Assembly (NCBI RefSeq): GCF_046119375.1
Contig: NW_027362771.1
Span: 621,922,001 to 621,986,000, forward strand
DNA length: 64,000 nt
Reading direction: 5' to 3'
From: Phyllobates terribilis
Taxonomy: Eukaryota
Below are positions 11,995 through 24,574 of this stretch, piece after piece. The first letter of the stretch is position 1. Each line of letters opens with the position of its first letter. Under the pieces are notes generated by a model. The model was not told where the DNA came from, ran no database searches, and saw nothing but the letters and a program-made list of their open reading frames with translations. The translations under genes were made by a program, and so were the position numbers.

Positions 11995-14900
11995 ATGGGC
12001 AAGGCACGTGGTAAGCGACGGGGACCTGGACATGATGGTGATGATGCCGCATGCAGAGGCCGAGGCCCTGGGCAAGCTGAAATTGTGCCACAACAAACAG
12101 CCACATCTTCTCGCTCGACCTTCCTATCCCAGTTAATAGGGAACCGCAGAACATCACTATTGAACACAGAGCAGTGTGAAAAGGTTATTATTTGAATAGC
12201 AGATAATGCTTCCAGTCACTTAGCCACCACCACCACCACCTTGTCTTCCACACAGTCAAGTTTCAGTAGCTGTGAGTTTGGACCGCATATTCCGCGTAAT
12301 TTGCTGAACCTTCTTCCTCCCACCATGCCGAGTGCCCAGACACAACTGATCCCACACTTGGACACTCTGAAGAGATGTTCACTTTTCCATTTATAGATTC
12401 GGGCCTTTCTCCCGATCCACTTGAAGCGGGCAAGAGGAGATCGCAAGTATCGATGCCCAAATATTTGAGCAGCCACGGTCACATGGAGGTGACGGTGGGA
12501 AAGTGTCACAAGAGGTGGACCATGATAAGACACAATTACCAGAAAGTCAGGAGGAGGACCAGAGTGCAGAAGTGGAAGACGAGGTGGTGGATGAAATAGT
12601 AACTGACCCAACCTGGCAGGAAAACTTGAAGAGCAAGGACAGCGGCACACAGGGTGAGGGATGCAGAGTACCCCAACAGGCAGGAAGAAGCAGTGTGGTG
12701 GCCGCAGAAAGAAAGCAGCCAACCGTTCCCTGTAACACCAACACAAAGGAAGTTGCCAGTACAACTGTTTTCTGGTCTTTCTTAGACTGGTTGTTTTTTA
12801 AAGACTCTGTCGATAACCCCTAAAAGGCCATTTGCACCACCTGCCAGGCCATCATCAGCAGGCGTGGCAAAACAACCAGCCTGACCACCACCAGCATGAT
12901 CAGGCACATGGTAGCAAAGCACCCGACTTTGTGGGCCAAACCCCAGGGTCCAGGAACAGTGTCTGCGGGTGGCACCATTGCTTCTTCCACTGTTGTGCAT
13001 GCAAGCCAATCCCCTGTCCATGGTGCATGCGAAGATGCTTCCTGCCCTGCACCTGTCATTGCACACTCTCAAGTAGCAGCATCAGGATGAACGTCCACGT
13101 TCTTGTGCCAGCGCAGCCTTCAGTTGTCCATACACCAGTCCTTGGAACGCAAGCGCAAATATGCAGTCAACACCCCACAGGCCTCACTACTAAATTCCCA
13201 CATTTCACAACTGCTTGCGCTTGAAAGTTGACTTTTAGGCTCATGGAGACGGAAGCATTCTGCAACCTGATGGCGGCAATCATCCCACGGTACTCGGTCC
13301 CATGCCACCACTATTTCTCCCGGTGTGTCGTCCTCGCATTACACAAGCACATGTCCCAAAACATTAGCCATGCTCTTAACAACGCAGTTTGCAGGAAAAT
13401 CCACCTAACCACGGACACGTGGACAATTGCATGTGGGCAGGGATGGTACATCTCGCTGATGGCACACTAGGTTAACATAGTGGAAGCCAGGACCCAGTCG
13501 TTCCTTGGGACGGAATACGTCAACCCAACACCAAGGATCTAGGTCAATCAGGGTTGCCCCCACTGTCTATAGCTCCTTGTCCTCATCCTCTTCAGCCTCC
13601 TCCTCCTCTTCAGCCTCCATCTCCGAAATAACCACATCAGTCACAAGCTGGAAGCACTGCAGTACTGCCTTGGCTAAGCAGCAACAGGCTGTGCTGAAGA
13701 TAATATGCTTAGGTGACAAACCACACAATGCTGAAGAGTTGTGGACAGCTCTGAAAGAGCAGGCAGAGCTGTGGCTCACACTGCTGAACCTACAGCCAGG
13801 CATGGTCGTGTGTGACAATGGCTGGAACCTAGTGGCGACACTGAGGAGAGGCGAGCTCACACACCTGCCATTCATGGCCCATGTGCTTAACCTCGTGGTT
13901 CAGCGGTTTCTCAAATCCTAACCGGAGCTGACGGATCAGCTTGTTAAAGTACGCCGCCTCTGTGCCCATTTTAGAAAGTCACCTACAGCTTCTTCCGACC
14001 ATGCGGTGTTTCAGCAGCATTTGCAGCTTCCAGCTCACACAAGGGTATGTGATGTCCCCACACATTGGAACTCTACATTGCAGATGTTGGGAAGGATTTT
14101 TGAGCAGAAGAGGGCAGTTGTTGCGTACCAGCATGAACAAGGCTGTCGGTATTCAGTTCTGACTCCACACATAAGACCTCAGGAGTGGACATGGATGTCA
14201 GACATCTGTACCATCCTCCAAAACTTTGAGGTCTCCACCAAGATGGTGAGTGGCGATGATGCCATATTTAGCGACACCATCCCGCTTCTTTCTTCTGAAA
14301 TCCTCTCTGCTCACAATCAAAGAGGATGCATTGCAGGCGGAGCATGATGAGATGGAGCAAGGGACCATACAGGGTGATTACACACAGCCCAGCCTCATCT
14401 TATTCCAACGTGGATTGGGTGACAATGAGGAAGAGGAGGAAGAACAGGAGCTAGTTTCATGCGCTATAGACTGTACTACCTGCACAACTGTCATACCGTC
14501 CGTTCAGCATGGATGGCCAGAGGACAGAGGGGAGGAGGAAGAGTAGAGCATTGTCAGTCATCCTCTTGGTGAGGACACGAAAGTCTTGCCTGTTAGCAGT
14601 CTGGCACAAATGGCTGAGTTTATGTTATGCTGCCTTTCCCATGATCCTCATATTCTCAAAATTTTGTGTGACAGTTATTACTGGTTGGTGACACTTCTAG
14701 ACCCATGCTACAAGGAGAACTATATATCTCTTTTTCCTAAGGCGGACAGGTCTACAAAAATGGGGCTGTACCAGAAGGCCCTTGTTGCGAAACTATTAAA
14801 AAAATTCCCATCTGAAAACGCTGGCGGCAGAGTTCACAGTTCATTAGATAGCCAAGGAGTACAGGCGAGAGAGACACAAATGCAATCCAGCAGAGGCAGG

Positions 14901-15302
14901 GGAACACTGTCAAAGTTCTGGGACAGTTTTCTCAGACCCTCCCATCGCACAGACCCTGAGGTGGGGAGTACTCACACAAGGAGTGCAAAGTTTGGGAAGA
15001 TTCTGAAACAATACCTTGCCGACCGCACCAACGTCCTCCGTGATTCCTCTGTGCCTTAAAATTATTGGGTATCCAAGCTGGATACGTGGAATGAACTGGC
15101 TCTCTATGCCTTGGAGGTCTTGGGCTTCCCTGCCGCTAGCGTTTTATCTGAATGGGTTTTTAATGCCGCTGGTGGAATTATAACTGATAAGCGCATCCAC
15201 CTGTCAACTGAAAATGCTGACAGACTGACTCTTATAAAAATGAACAAGGGCTGCAGTGGGCCAAAATTATCAACACCACCGAATGATAGCAGCGCAACAT
15301 AA
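11995..15302 (+). pseudogene. hAT transposase pseudogene (BED finger, RNase H-like core, hAT dimerization domain; ZBED-like)
   Basis: WLFF...AICTTC...MIRHMVAKH (BED finger); HLTTDTWT; VCDNG; MAHVLNLVVQ; DVPTHWNST; ASVLSEWVFNAAGGIITDKR; many stops and frameshifts. Confidence 0.93.
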
Positions 15303-15441
15303 ACTCAAATCCAGTGTCTTTTTTTATGCGGTGTATTCCCATGCACCTCTACACACACCCACACATGGGTGTGCGCTTCCTGATTTTGGCTATTTGCTCT
15401 TGTCCTCCTCCTTGTCGTCCTCAGGCTGCTCTTGTCCTCTT

Positions 15442-15616
15442 CAGGCTGCCACGAGAGGTGGTGAGTTCCCCTTCAATGGATGTCTTCAAACAGAGGCTGG
15501 ACAGACATCTGTCTGAGATGATTTAGTGAATCCTGCTTTGAGCAGGGGGTTGGACCAGATGACCCAGGAGGTCCCTTCCAACTCTACCATTCTATGATTC
15601 TATGATTCTATGATTC
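15442..15616 (+). mobile_element. CR1 LINE 3' fragment (5'-truncated)
   Basis: RLPREVVSSPSMDVFKQRLDRHL plus 3' UTR and (ATTCTATG)n tail; nearly identical to 25523-25700 on the minus strand. Confidence 0.93.
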
Positions 15617-17184
15617 CTTCTCCTCATCCTCATCCTTCACCACCATATCACCAGGGTGACCGTGGTCTGTGATGCAACACCCACATTATTTTTTTAAAGG
15701 GTGTTTATGATGCCCGTAAAAAAAAAAATTATACAGTGTGTTCATGTATACACCCCAGGGGTAAATGTTTGTCAGCCCATACACTTAGTAAATGGGCATT
15801 ACAAGTATAAGAGACCCGCTCCTTTCTAATGGGAACATTTTTTTATGAGGCCCTCTAAGTCTCTTCCTAGGGGCATTGGAGTGCCTCCCAATTTTTGGCA
15901 GCCCTTGCATTCACTGCATAGGCCAACACTATGGGAGACCCTCTCCTTTCAAATGGGAATTTGTCGTTACTGCGTCCCTGCTCTATGTGTCTTTAAATTC
16001 TTAGTGGGGTTTTTCCTAAAATTGGTCAGCCGTTGGACTCACTGCATACCCTATAACTGTATAGCCGACCCTCTCCTTTATAATACTAATATGTCATACT
16101 CGTTACTGTGGCCCTGCTCTATGTGTCTTTAAATTGTTAATGGGGTTTTTCCCAAATTTTGGCTGCCCTTGCAGTCACAGCATGGGCATTACCAGTATAG
16201 GAGGAACATTTTTTTTACTGAGACCCTCCTCTTTGTCTCTTCAAAGGGGTATTGGGTTGCGTCCGAATTTTTGGCAGCCCTTGCAGTCACTGCATACGCA
16301 ATAACAGTATAGGAGACCCACTCGTTAATAATGGGAACAACAAAGCATAGTTGGCTGATGGCTCTTTAACAATAGCGAGGGCCGACTCCTGGCCTTTTAA
16401 GAATAGTAAGGGCCTTCTGATGGCCCTATAAAAATAGGCTTTGTGACTTTCAGAGTCCCTCCATCATAAATGAAACAGGATGTGTCTGATGATGTGTCAC
16501 ATACCACATTGCCAGATTAGGTTGTAAAATGTTAAAATTACATTTCCCAGTGAATGCATTTGTCTTAAAAAATAGCGTAGAAAAAAAAACAGTAGGATCT
16601 TTCTTTAGTATAAAAAACAGTCGCCAATGTAGCCTCAGTGTAATCACATTGTTCAGCTCCTGCACCTCCTCCTCCATCTCTGAAATGACCACATCAATCA
16701 CAAGCTGAAAGTACTGCAGCACTGCCTTGGCCAAGCGGCAACAGGCTGTGCTGAAGATAACATGCTTAATGCTTTGGGGACAAACTGCCCAGCACTGCAG
16801 AGTTGTTGAAAGCTGTAACACAGCAGCCTGATCTGTGGCTCTAACCGCTGAACATTCAGCCAGGCATGGTCATGTGTGACAATGAGCGGAACCTGGTGAT
16901 GGAGAAATGACAGCCGGAGTTGATACGGTTTCCCTCTATGCCAGTCCTTTCACCGAGCTAAAGAATATGGCTGTGGTGAAGTACAACTCCCACTGAGAAG
17001 TTGTTTCAGATTGAAAAACAGCAGCTACAAAGTTAGCGCTATCATGAACTCTCCTGATGTAGAAGCAAGGGCACACCAGAGGATTCTCTGGTTGGATCAT
17101 CCAACCCTGCCAAGAAGCAGTCCTGGCTAAGAAAAGGGTGTAAGAAGGTTCCCGGACACTCTATGGCTGCATTTTTACTGAGGT

Positions 17185-17294
17185 GGAAACCCACGCAAAC
17201 ACTGGGAGAACATACAAAGTACTTTCAGATGTTGTCCTTGCTGGGATTTGAACCCAGGATCCCAGTGCTGCAAGGCTTCAGTGCTAACCACTGA
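17185..17294 (-). mobile_element. tRNA-derived V-SINE-like head
   Basis: Reverse-complement homolog of 8710-8850 (box B read as GGATTTGAACC on +). Confidence 0.75.
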
Positions 17295-17589
17295 TGCAAT
17301 GTGCTGTCGGTCACCCTCTAAGATCTAACAGGCTGGAGAAACTTGCACCTACTGCAACTCTATCCTCAGCTCCTTTGTTAGAAACTAATGAACTAATGTA
17401 TTTGGGCAGCCACTCAGTCTACCAAATAAAATTCCCGAGAAGGAAATTGGGGATAGCTTCGCTACTGGCACTGGGGGCAGTGCTAATACCATGGCATCAT
17501 ACCATAGTTTACTGGAAATATTCCAGGCTGGTAGGAGGCAAGCAAATTCCCACAGAAAAGTATCAGCAGTAATGTTCAGGGACCCGTTC

Positions 17590-18825
17590 TTGTAGAAGGC
17601 GGAGACAACACCTGGAGAAATAGTGACGGCTGGGGACCCAGTATGGACACGAGGCATGAGGCATGAGGTTGTGAAAAGCTTCCGCCTCCACGAGCCAAAA
17701 AGGCCACATTTCAAGTGAAAGCAGCTTTAGAGGACTTCCTGGGAGAAATAACAGCTGGGTAGATACGGTTTCCCAAGTCCTTTCAACAAGCTAAAGAATA
17801 TGGCTGTGGTGAAATACAACTCAGCAAAAAAAGCTGTGGACTGGCTCCGTACCCTCTATGGCCAAATTCACTTGACCACGTGTTTGTGGTTAGGCGGTCC
17901 TTCCCAGTAAGTGCACTGGGGAGGGAACGGGTAATGTTGTGGGACCGATGTTTGAGGAAGGCGGAGACGATACAGGGAGAAATAGTGGCTGCTCGGAACC
18001 GAGTATTGACACCACGTTACCGCCGACATGAGGTTATGAAAAGCTACCTTCTCCATGAGCCTAAAAGGCCACAATTCAAGTGATCGCAGCTTTAGATGAC
18101 TTCCTGGGAGAAATGACAGCTGGGTAGACATGGTTTCCCAAGTCCTTTCACCAAGCTAAAGAATATTACTGTGAAGAAATACAACTCAGCAAAATAAGCT
18201 GTGGACTGGCTCCGTACCATCCCTGGCCACATTCACTTGACCACGTGTTTGTGGTTAGGCGGTCCTTCCCAGTAAGTGCACTGGGGAGGGCATGGGTAAT
18301 TTTGTGGGACCTGTGTTTGTGGAAGACGGAGACTATACCGGGAGAAATATTGGTGGCTGGGGACCGAGTATGGACACCCGGTCACCGCCGGCATGAGGTT
18401 ATGAAAAGCTTCCGCCTCCACAAGCCTAAAAGGCCACATTTCAAGTGAAAGCAGCTTTAGAGGACTTCCTGGGAGAAATGACAGCTGGGTAGATATGTTT
18501 TCCCAAGTCCTTTCACCAAGCTAAAGAATATGGCTGTGGTGAAATAAAACTCAGCAAAAAAAGCTGTGGACTGGCTCCGTACCATCCCTGGCCACATTCT
18601 CTTGAACGCGTGTTTGTGGTTAGGCGGTCCTTCCCAGTAAGTGCACTGGGGAGGACACGGGTAATGTTGTGTGACCCGTGCTTGTGGAAGGCGGAGACGA
18701 CACGGGGACAAATAGTGGAGGCTGGGGACCGAGTATGGATACCCGGTCGCCGCCACCATAAGATTCTGGACAGCTTCCGCTTCCATGAGCCTAAAAGGAA
18801 ACATTTCAAGTGCAAGCAGCTGTCA
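17590..18825 (-). repeat. Tandem array of a 365-bp unit (about 3.3 copies) derived from hAT transposase coding sequence
   Basis: Anchors at 17868, 18233 and 18598; minus-strand translation (FRLME..AF.NLM...YSVP..HYFS) matches the transposase segment at 13228-13470. Confidence 0.9.
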
Positions 18826-20279
18826 AAAATTTGGCAGTAATGTATTGCAGCCGTTGGGTGGGTGGGTGGCTGGCTGCATACTTGCGCTTGAATTCCAAGG
18901 AATGGGGTAGGGACAACTGAACGCTGCACTGGGACAAGGACGTGGACGATGATTGATGCAAGTCTGCAATGACAGGTGCATGGCGGGAAGCTTCTTCGCA
19001 TGCGCCAAGGATCACTTATGATGGGCACACTTTTAGGCAGTGACCTGGGAGTCAGAGATGCTTCCAGGGGTCTTCCCCATGCTGTTCCCATGTCTTTTCA
19101 GCACTGTATGCATGTGTCTGATGATATGTCACACACCACATGGCCAGATATGGTTGTAAAATGTTAAAATGACATTTCCCAGTGAATGCATTTGTCTTGG
19201 TTGAAAACAATGCAAAAGTGCAAAAACGCATCAAAAATGCTACGTGTGAACATAGCCCAAGGTGTGGAGGAGTATTTTTGTTTTTGATTATTTATTTTGC
19301 CTTATATACATGTCATTACCCTGGAAAGGATGCTCCTTAACATATTTCACAGGAAAATCCATTTTGTTTTTGTTTTTGTATGTTTTATTGTGAGTCCGTA
19401 AAAGTGGCATAATACTCTGACAAGGTTGTTGACAGCAGTGACCTGGGAGTCAGAAATGCTTCCAGGGGTCTTCCCCATGCTGTTCCCATGTCATTTGAGC
19501 ACTGTTCCCATCGATTTAGGCAATTTTTAGGCCCTCTGCACACCGCCGGGGGGAGCCGCCTGAAAAATGCTCGAGTTTCCCATAGACTTACATTGGGCTC
19601 GTTGCTCGGGTCGAGCACCTGAGTATTCCAATTTGCTCGACCTGAGCAATGAGTACTCGAGCATTTTAGTGCTCGCTAATCACTAGTGACCACAACTACG
19701 GGATCGAGGACTGGCTGCAGTGTTGAGAGAGGGCGCAGTATGGAGAGCCAGACAAACTGTTGGACCATGAGTGAGATGCAGGCGGAGATGTTACGAAGGA
19801 TTGATAAAGTTGTGGTGTGCTCATTTTCTGGGGTCGGACATCCTTTGCGGTATCAAAAAAGGCAGAGGCTAGACAACCCTTACCGCCCCTGTGAGCTGCT
19901 GACCCACGACCGCTGCTTGTCACTGCCACGGTTGTGGCTAAGGATGCAGTGCTCATCGTGGTTGCATCACTCTGTGTCTGCACCTTAGGATGCAATGTAA
20001 CCTCCCCGTCTTCCTCCTCCTCCACCTCCTCAGATGAGCAACTCAGCTGCATGCCTCTGGGTTCACACCAAGTGGGATCTGCAACCTCATTATCATCCAA
20101 TATGTTATCCCATTCTTCGCCCTTAGAGTCACCCTCCTCCTCTTCTTGCCCTGATACCCTAGCACAATACAGTCCGTTTGACCCTCAGGTATCTGAGTCT
20201 AATAAGGATCACCTCCCCCCCAGGGAATAACGTCTGGTGACAAGAATCAAGAAGATGCTCGGAACTTCCTTTTTTTTCC

Positions 20280-21070
20280 CCTTTATGGAGAACAATATTT
20301 GCACCAAAAAATTTTAATCTGAGATGTAGCCTGCTTTATATACCACTGTAGTGAGAAAAACAATTTTCAGTTTATCTTGTCAGTGTACCCCTGTGTGAAG
20401 AACAATATTTGCACCAAAAAATTAATTTCACTACAGTATAACTATTGCAAAGAAGGCCAAACCCTCTTCCACTACAGCCAACCCAGCAGATGGAGACCCA
20501 ATCAGGATTCTCCACATTAACAAGACTTAGTGGCAGACACCAGCGAAGTGGCATCAATTTCACTACAGTAGAAATAGTTTAATTAGGACTGACACATCTT
20601 CCACTACAGCCAACCCAGCAGATGGAGACCTAACCAAAAGTGTTCACATTTCCCTAAATTAGGGCATAACACCACCTAAGTGGCATCAATTTCACTAGAG
20701 TAGAAGTAGTATAATGAAGACCAAAACCTCTTCCACTACAGCCAACCCAGCAGATGGAGACCCAATTAGGATTCCTCACATTTACAAAAATTAGTGGCAG
20801 ACACCATCCAAGTGGCATCAATTTCACTAGAGTAGGAGTATAATGGAGACTGACACCTCTTCCACTACAGCCAATCCAGCAGATGGAGACCCAATCAGGA
20901 GTGTTCACATTTCCCTAAATTAGGGCCTAACACAACAGAAGTGGTGTCAATTTCACCAGAGTAGAAGTAGTATAATGGAGATCAAAACCTATTCTACTTC
21001 AGCCAACCCAGCAGATGGAGACCCAATCGGGATTCTCCACATTTCCAAAAATTAGTGGCAGACACCAGCA
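20280..21070. repeat. Tandem array of an approximately 130-bp unit (hAT subterminal)
   Basis: CTTCCACTACAGCCAACCCAGCAGATGGAGACC recurs about every 130 bp; the same unit occurs at 45870-46420 and 48030-48290. Confidence 0.9.
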
Positions 21071-21581
21071 AAGTGAGATGAAAAGAATAGAAAAGGAGGC
21101 CTTCAAGGTGGGCTGTGACAGGCGGGACAGGTGAACGGCAAAGTAATTATTGTTTTTTATACTTTTGCTGGTACTCTATGGTTCAGTATAATGTCCTCCA
21201 TCTGGCCGCCATCTGCTTACATTTTTGCAGTGAAAATCCCCCAGAATTCAAATTTTGGAAAATTAGAGAATTCCATTCTACTCAAACAAATTTGCTCATC
21301 TCTACTTTTGAACCATTCTGGTAAGTTTGCAATGCATTATTATTCTGATAAGTAACTTTTAGAGTTCCATTCAGAAAAAAAAAAACTACAACATTTTACC
21401 TTTAATAAAGGTGTTCATCCTAGCTTTAACATTCAGATATGGTGAAGAAGCTGCCTCTATAAAGATCCCCAGAGTGAAGGGAAAATCATGTAAGTATAAA
21501 TTTGGAGTTAGAATAGGTACATTTCCTAAAAAATTGTCACTTCTCAGTCACAGACCTTGTACCACTTGGATATATCCTTTA

Positions 21582-22265
21582 GGCTATGTGCCCACGATGC
21601 AGAATTTAAGCAGAAAATTTCCACAGTGTTTCTGCATGTCCTTGCCAGTAAAAATGCTTGTGGATTTTACACACGTTTTTTAAACGTTTTTGCAGTGTTT
21701 TTACATGGGATTTGACTTGCGTTTTTCAAATGCATTGTGACTAGTGTTGAGCAAGTATGTTCTGTTAACACTTTCGCCGAGTATGCTCGGGCGATCACCG
21801 AGTAGTTGCAGCAGCTCGGTGTTATGTTTGAATCGCTCCCGTGTGCATGATTTGCGACTGTTTGACAGCTTTATTACATGTGAGGAATGCAAAAGAAACA
21901 ATCATTCCTCACATGTATTAAAGCTGTCAAGCAGTCGCAAGTTATGCACACGGGAGTGATTTAAACATAACACCGAGCAGCTCTAAGTACTCGGTGCTCG
22001 CCCAAGCATACTCGGCGAAAGGATTAATAGAACATACTCGCTAATTGTGACCTCAAATCTGCATGCGGAAACACACAAATAATGGACATACTGCGGATTT
22101 TTCTGCAAGGAAAATCCGCAGCGGAAAATTCCACAGCATGTGCATAGCACATGCGGATTTTCATTGGGGACCATGGGGCACGTATTACCAAGCGTTTTTA
22201 AAGCGTTTCCGCTGCGGAAATTCCGCATCAAAAATGCTTGAAAAATGCATACTGGGCATGCAGCC
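21582..22265. mobile_element. PIF/Harbinger-like MITE
   Basis: Imperfect TIRs GGCTATGTGCCCA / GGCTGCATGCCCA flanked by TTA on both sides. Confidence 0.6.
21742..22043. mobile_element. Palindromic hAT MITE nested in the Harbinger-like MITE
   Basis: Starts TAGTGTTGAGC; folds back on itself; perfect 8-bp TSD ATTGTGAC (21734-21741 and 22044-22051). Confidence 0.9.
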
Positions 22266-22563
22266 TTAGACTAATCGCAGTAAGATGAGTTCAACCAACC
22301 TTACAGTGACACAACAGTACTTCTGTTGCTTTAGCACAATAGGAAAAGCTTTTTCCGCACAAACATATGTCCTTCCTTCTTTGTATACTAGAAGTCTAGA
22401 TGGTTTCAGATCAAGATTGCTGCCATACTTTTAATATTAAATATTTCAAAAACTTTTTGGAAATATTTTCTATTTAAGTTTTATATTTTATGGCCCCTCA
22501 GTCTAACTAACACTGCAACAATAAGATGACATAAGCTAAGTATATTTTTTTCTCCATTTCTAG

Positions 22564-23482
22564 ACTCCTTGAACTGTTTCAGATGTCCATGGGACCAATG
22601 GCCGAATCCTGACAGATCCAAGTGTCTCCCAAAATCTATAGAGTTTCTGCCTTATGAAGATCTTCTAGGAGCCACTTTAGCTGCAACTTCCATAATGTCC
22701 TCAATTATTCCAGCTATTATATTGGGAGTTTTTTTTCACTATAGCAATACACCACCTGTGAAAGCCACCAATTACTCCCTAAGTTGTCTTCTATTGATAT
22801 CCATCAGTCTCTGTTTCTTCTGCTCTTTAGGTTTTATTGGTTACCCTGATCATGATAAATGTCTCCTACGTCAGGTATCTTTTGGTCTGGTCTTCGCTCT
22901 CTGTGTTGCATGTATATTGACCAAGACGATCATGGTGTTTTTGCTTTTATGGCTACTCGACCAGGAAGTAGCCTGAGAAAATGGACTACCCTAAGAGTCT
23001 CCTATTCAATTATCTCAATGTGTTTTCTTCTACAGCTAATATTGTGTATCACTTGGATGTCAATGGATCCTCCATTTCCACAACTCAACACAGAAGATAA
23101 ATCAGAACTCATTATTATTGACTGTAATGATAGGTCCATCTCATTCTGGGCCATGCTTGGTTATCTCTTTCTTCTGGCCACCATTAGCTTCATTGTGGCT
23201 TTCTTAGCTAGAAAACTTCCAGATAGTTTTAATGAAGCTCAGTTTATTACCTTTAGTATGTTGGCCTTCCTTAGTGTTTGGCTATCCTTTATTCCTGCCT
23301 CTCTTAGTGCTAAGGGCAAATATATAGTCGCCATGGAGGTGTTTGCCATCCTGGCATCCAGTTGGGCATTGTTGATCTGTATGTTTTTTCCTAAATGTTT
23401 CATTTTACTCTTCAGACCACAGATGAACTCCAAAGAATATCTGATTAGAAATAAAGATAAAAGTGCAATAAGTAAATTATAG
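22564..23482 (+). pseudogene. Vomeronasal type-2 receptor (class C GPCR) terminal exon: end of cysteine-rich domain plus 7TM; one 1-nt frameshift near 22940 (pseudogene or assembly error)
   Basis: Polypyrimidine-TAG acceptor ending 22563; CFRCPWDQWPN..CLPK.IEFL.YED.LG; NTP.VKA.NYSLS; CLLRQVSFG..FALCV.CIL.KT; ARKLPDSFNEAQFITFSML; KGKY.VAMEVFAILAS; FFPKCFILLFRP; AATAAA at 23521. Confidence 0.92.
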
Positions 23483-24574
23483 ACAAATTTTACAACCACA
23501 AATGTGGCAACTGTCATTCTAATAAAAGCTATTAAAGTAAATCTTGCTAATTCTTCATTGATACTATAAAAATCATTTAAACACACAGTAGTTGTAAGTT
23601 TGGTTCCCAGGTGGGGTCTCCAGACAGTGGAGTAACCAGATATGTAGTAGTTGACAGCGTCCATAAAGGGTGATGACGTATCAAACAATTTATTTTGCCA
23701 AATACATAATCACTACGTTTTGACCATTTCATGTCTTTGTGTAGTGTGCAGCTTCAATACATGTCAGGTGCAAATAACACTACACTTGTGAGTCCACCAA
23801 TAAGTGTGTAGGGGAAAACTATATAACTTGCATTTAACCCAATAAACAAAAGAAAATAAACATATAGACGTACATTATAGATACACAAATAAATAACTCC
23901 TAAAGCAATCCTCAACCAAAATAATGATATAGTTTACAGACCATTAATAGGAAAATAGTATTGTAAGGTACTCCTGTTGTGTATGCGCTGGAATAACCTC
24001 TCATGCGTGAAAAATAACCAATAGCGATAAAGCATAAGTGTCTCATAACAACATCTGTTATGCATGTGTCAGTGTCTGAAAGGAATTTCCGCCCATGTGA
24101 GAACAGCATCTAACAAAAAAAAGCATCGGTGTGTCCTAGCCATACAGAAAGAAAAGTTGGCGCACGACAGTATCTGCCACTTTTCACATGTCTGCCGGCC
24201 ATTACAAGCCAAGTGTCTATATACCATTCCAACCTTTGTCAGCTGATTGAGAATTGCCATCCCAGTGTGTTTTTACAGAATGAGAAAATAGAACAAAACC
24301 GAAAGAAAAAAAGGGGGGTGTGAAATGTGATCATAAACGGAAGGATCAACAGGTCAGCAGATCCAGACAGAAATATACAATAGAGATGTAGTAGTATAAT
24401 TAAAAAAAAATACAGTAATTGTTAAAAATATCATAAGAGAAGTCAGTTCAAGATGACTTTCCTCAAAGACTAAGTCTGCTTATCATATAAAAAGATATCC
24501 ATGTCAGTACAATGCAAAATATGGCATAAATATTATAATTTTCTTGAAGCCAAATAACAAAAAGTGTAGTTATA

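Larger units (their letters stand above)
10379..19685 (+). mobile_element. Complete hAT (Ac-family) element, 9.3 kb, with dead transposase
   Basis: TIRs TAGTGATGAGCGAGCA / TAGTGATTAGCGAGCA; perfect 8-bp TSD GTGACCAC (10371-10378 and 19686-19693); GCTCG-rich subterminal repeats. Confidence 0.95.
7656..21304 (-). mobile_element. Decayed hAT element or composite hosting the 10379-19685 insertion; minus-strand transposase remnants at about 9400-9930, 10295-10378 and 19686-20230
   Basis: Left TIR TAGAGATGAGTGAA at 7656 is homologous to the end at 45300; TIR GCTCATCTCTA ends at 21304; remnants match the transposase at 54812-58079. Flanks CTGGTGAC and CTTTTGAA match only 5/8, so pairing of the two ends is uncertain. 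Confidence 0.55.

Noticed and set aside
11995-15302. Domesticated ZBED host gene (also 48387-58079)
   Set aside because: Multiple stops and frameshifts, and still enclosed by TIRs and TSDs.
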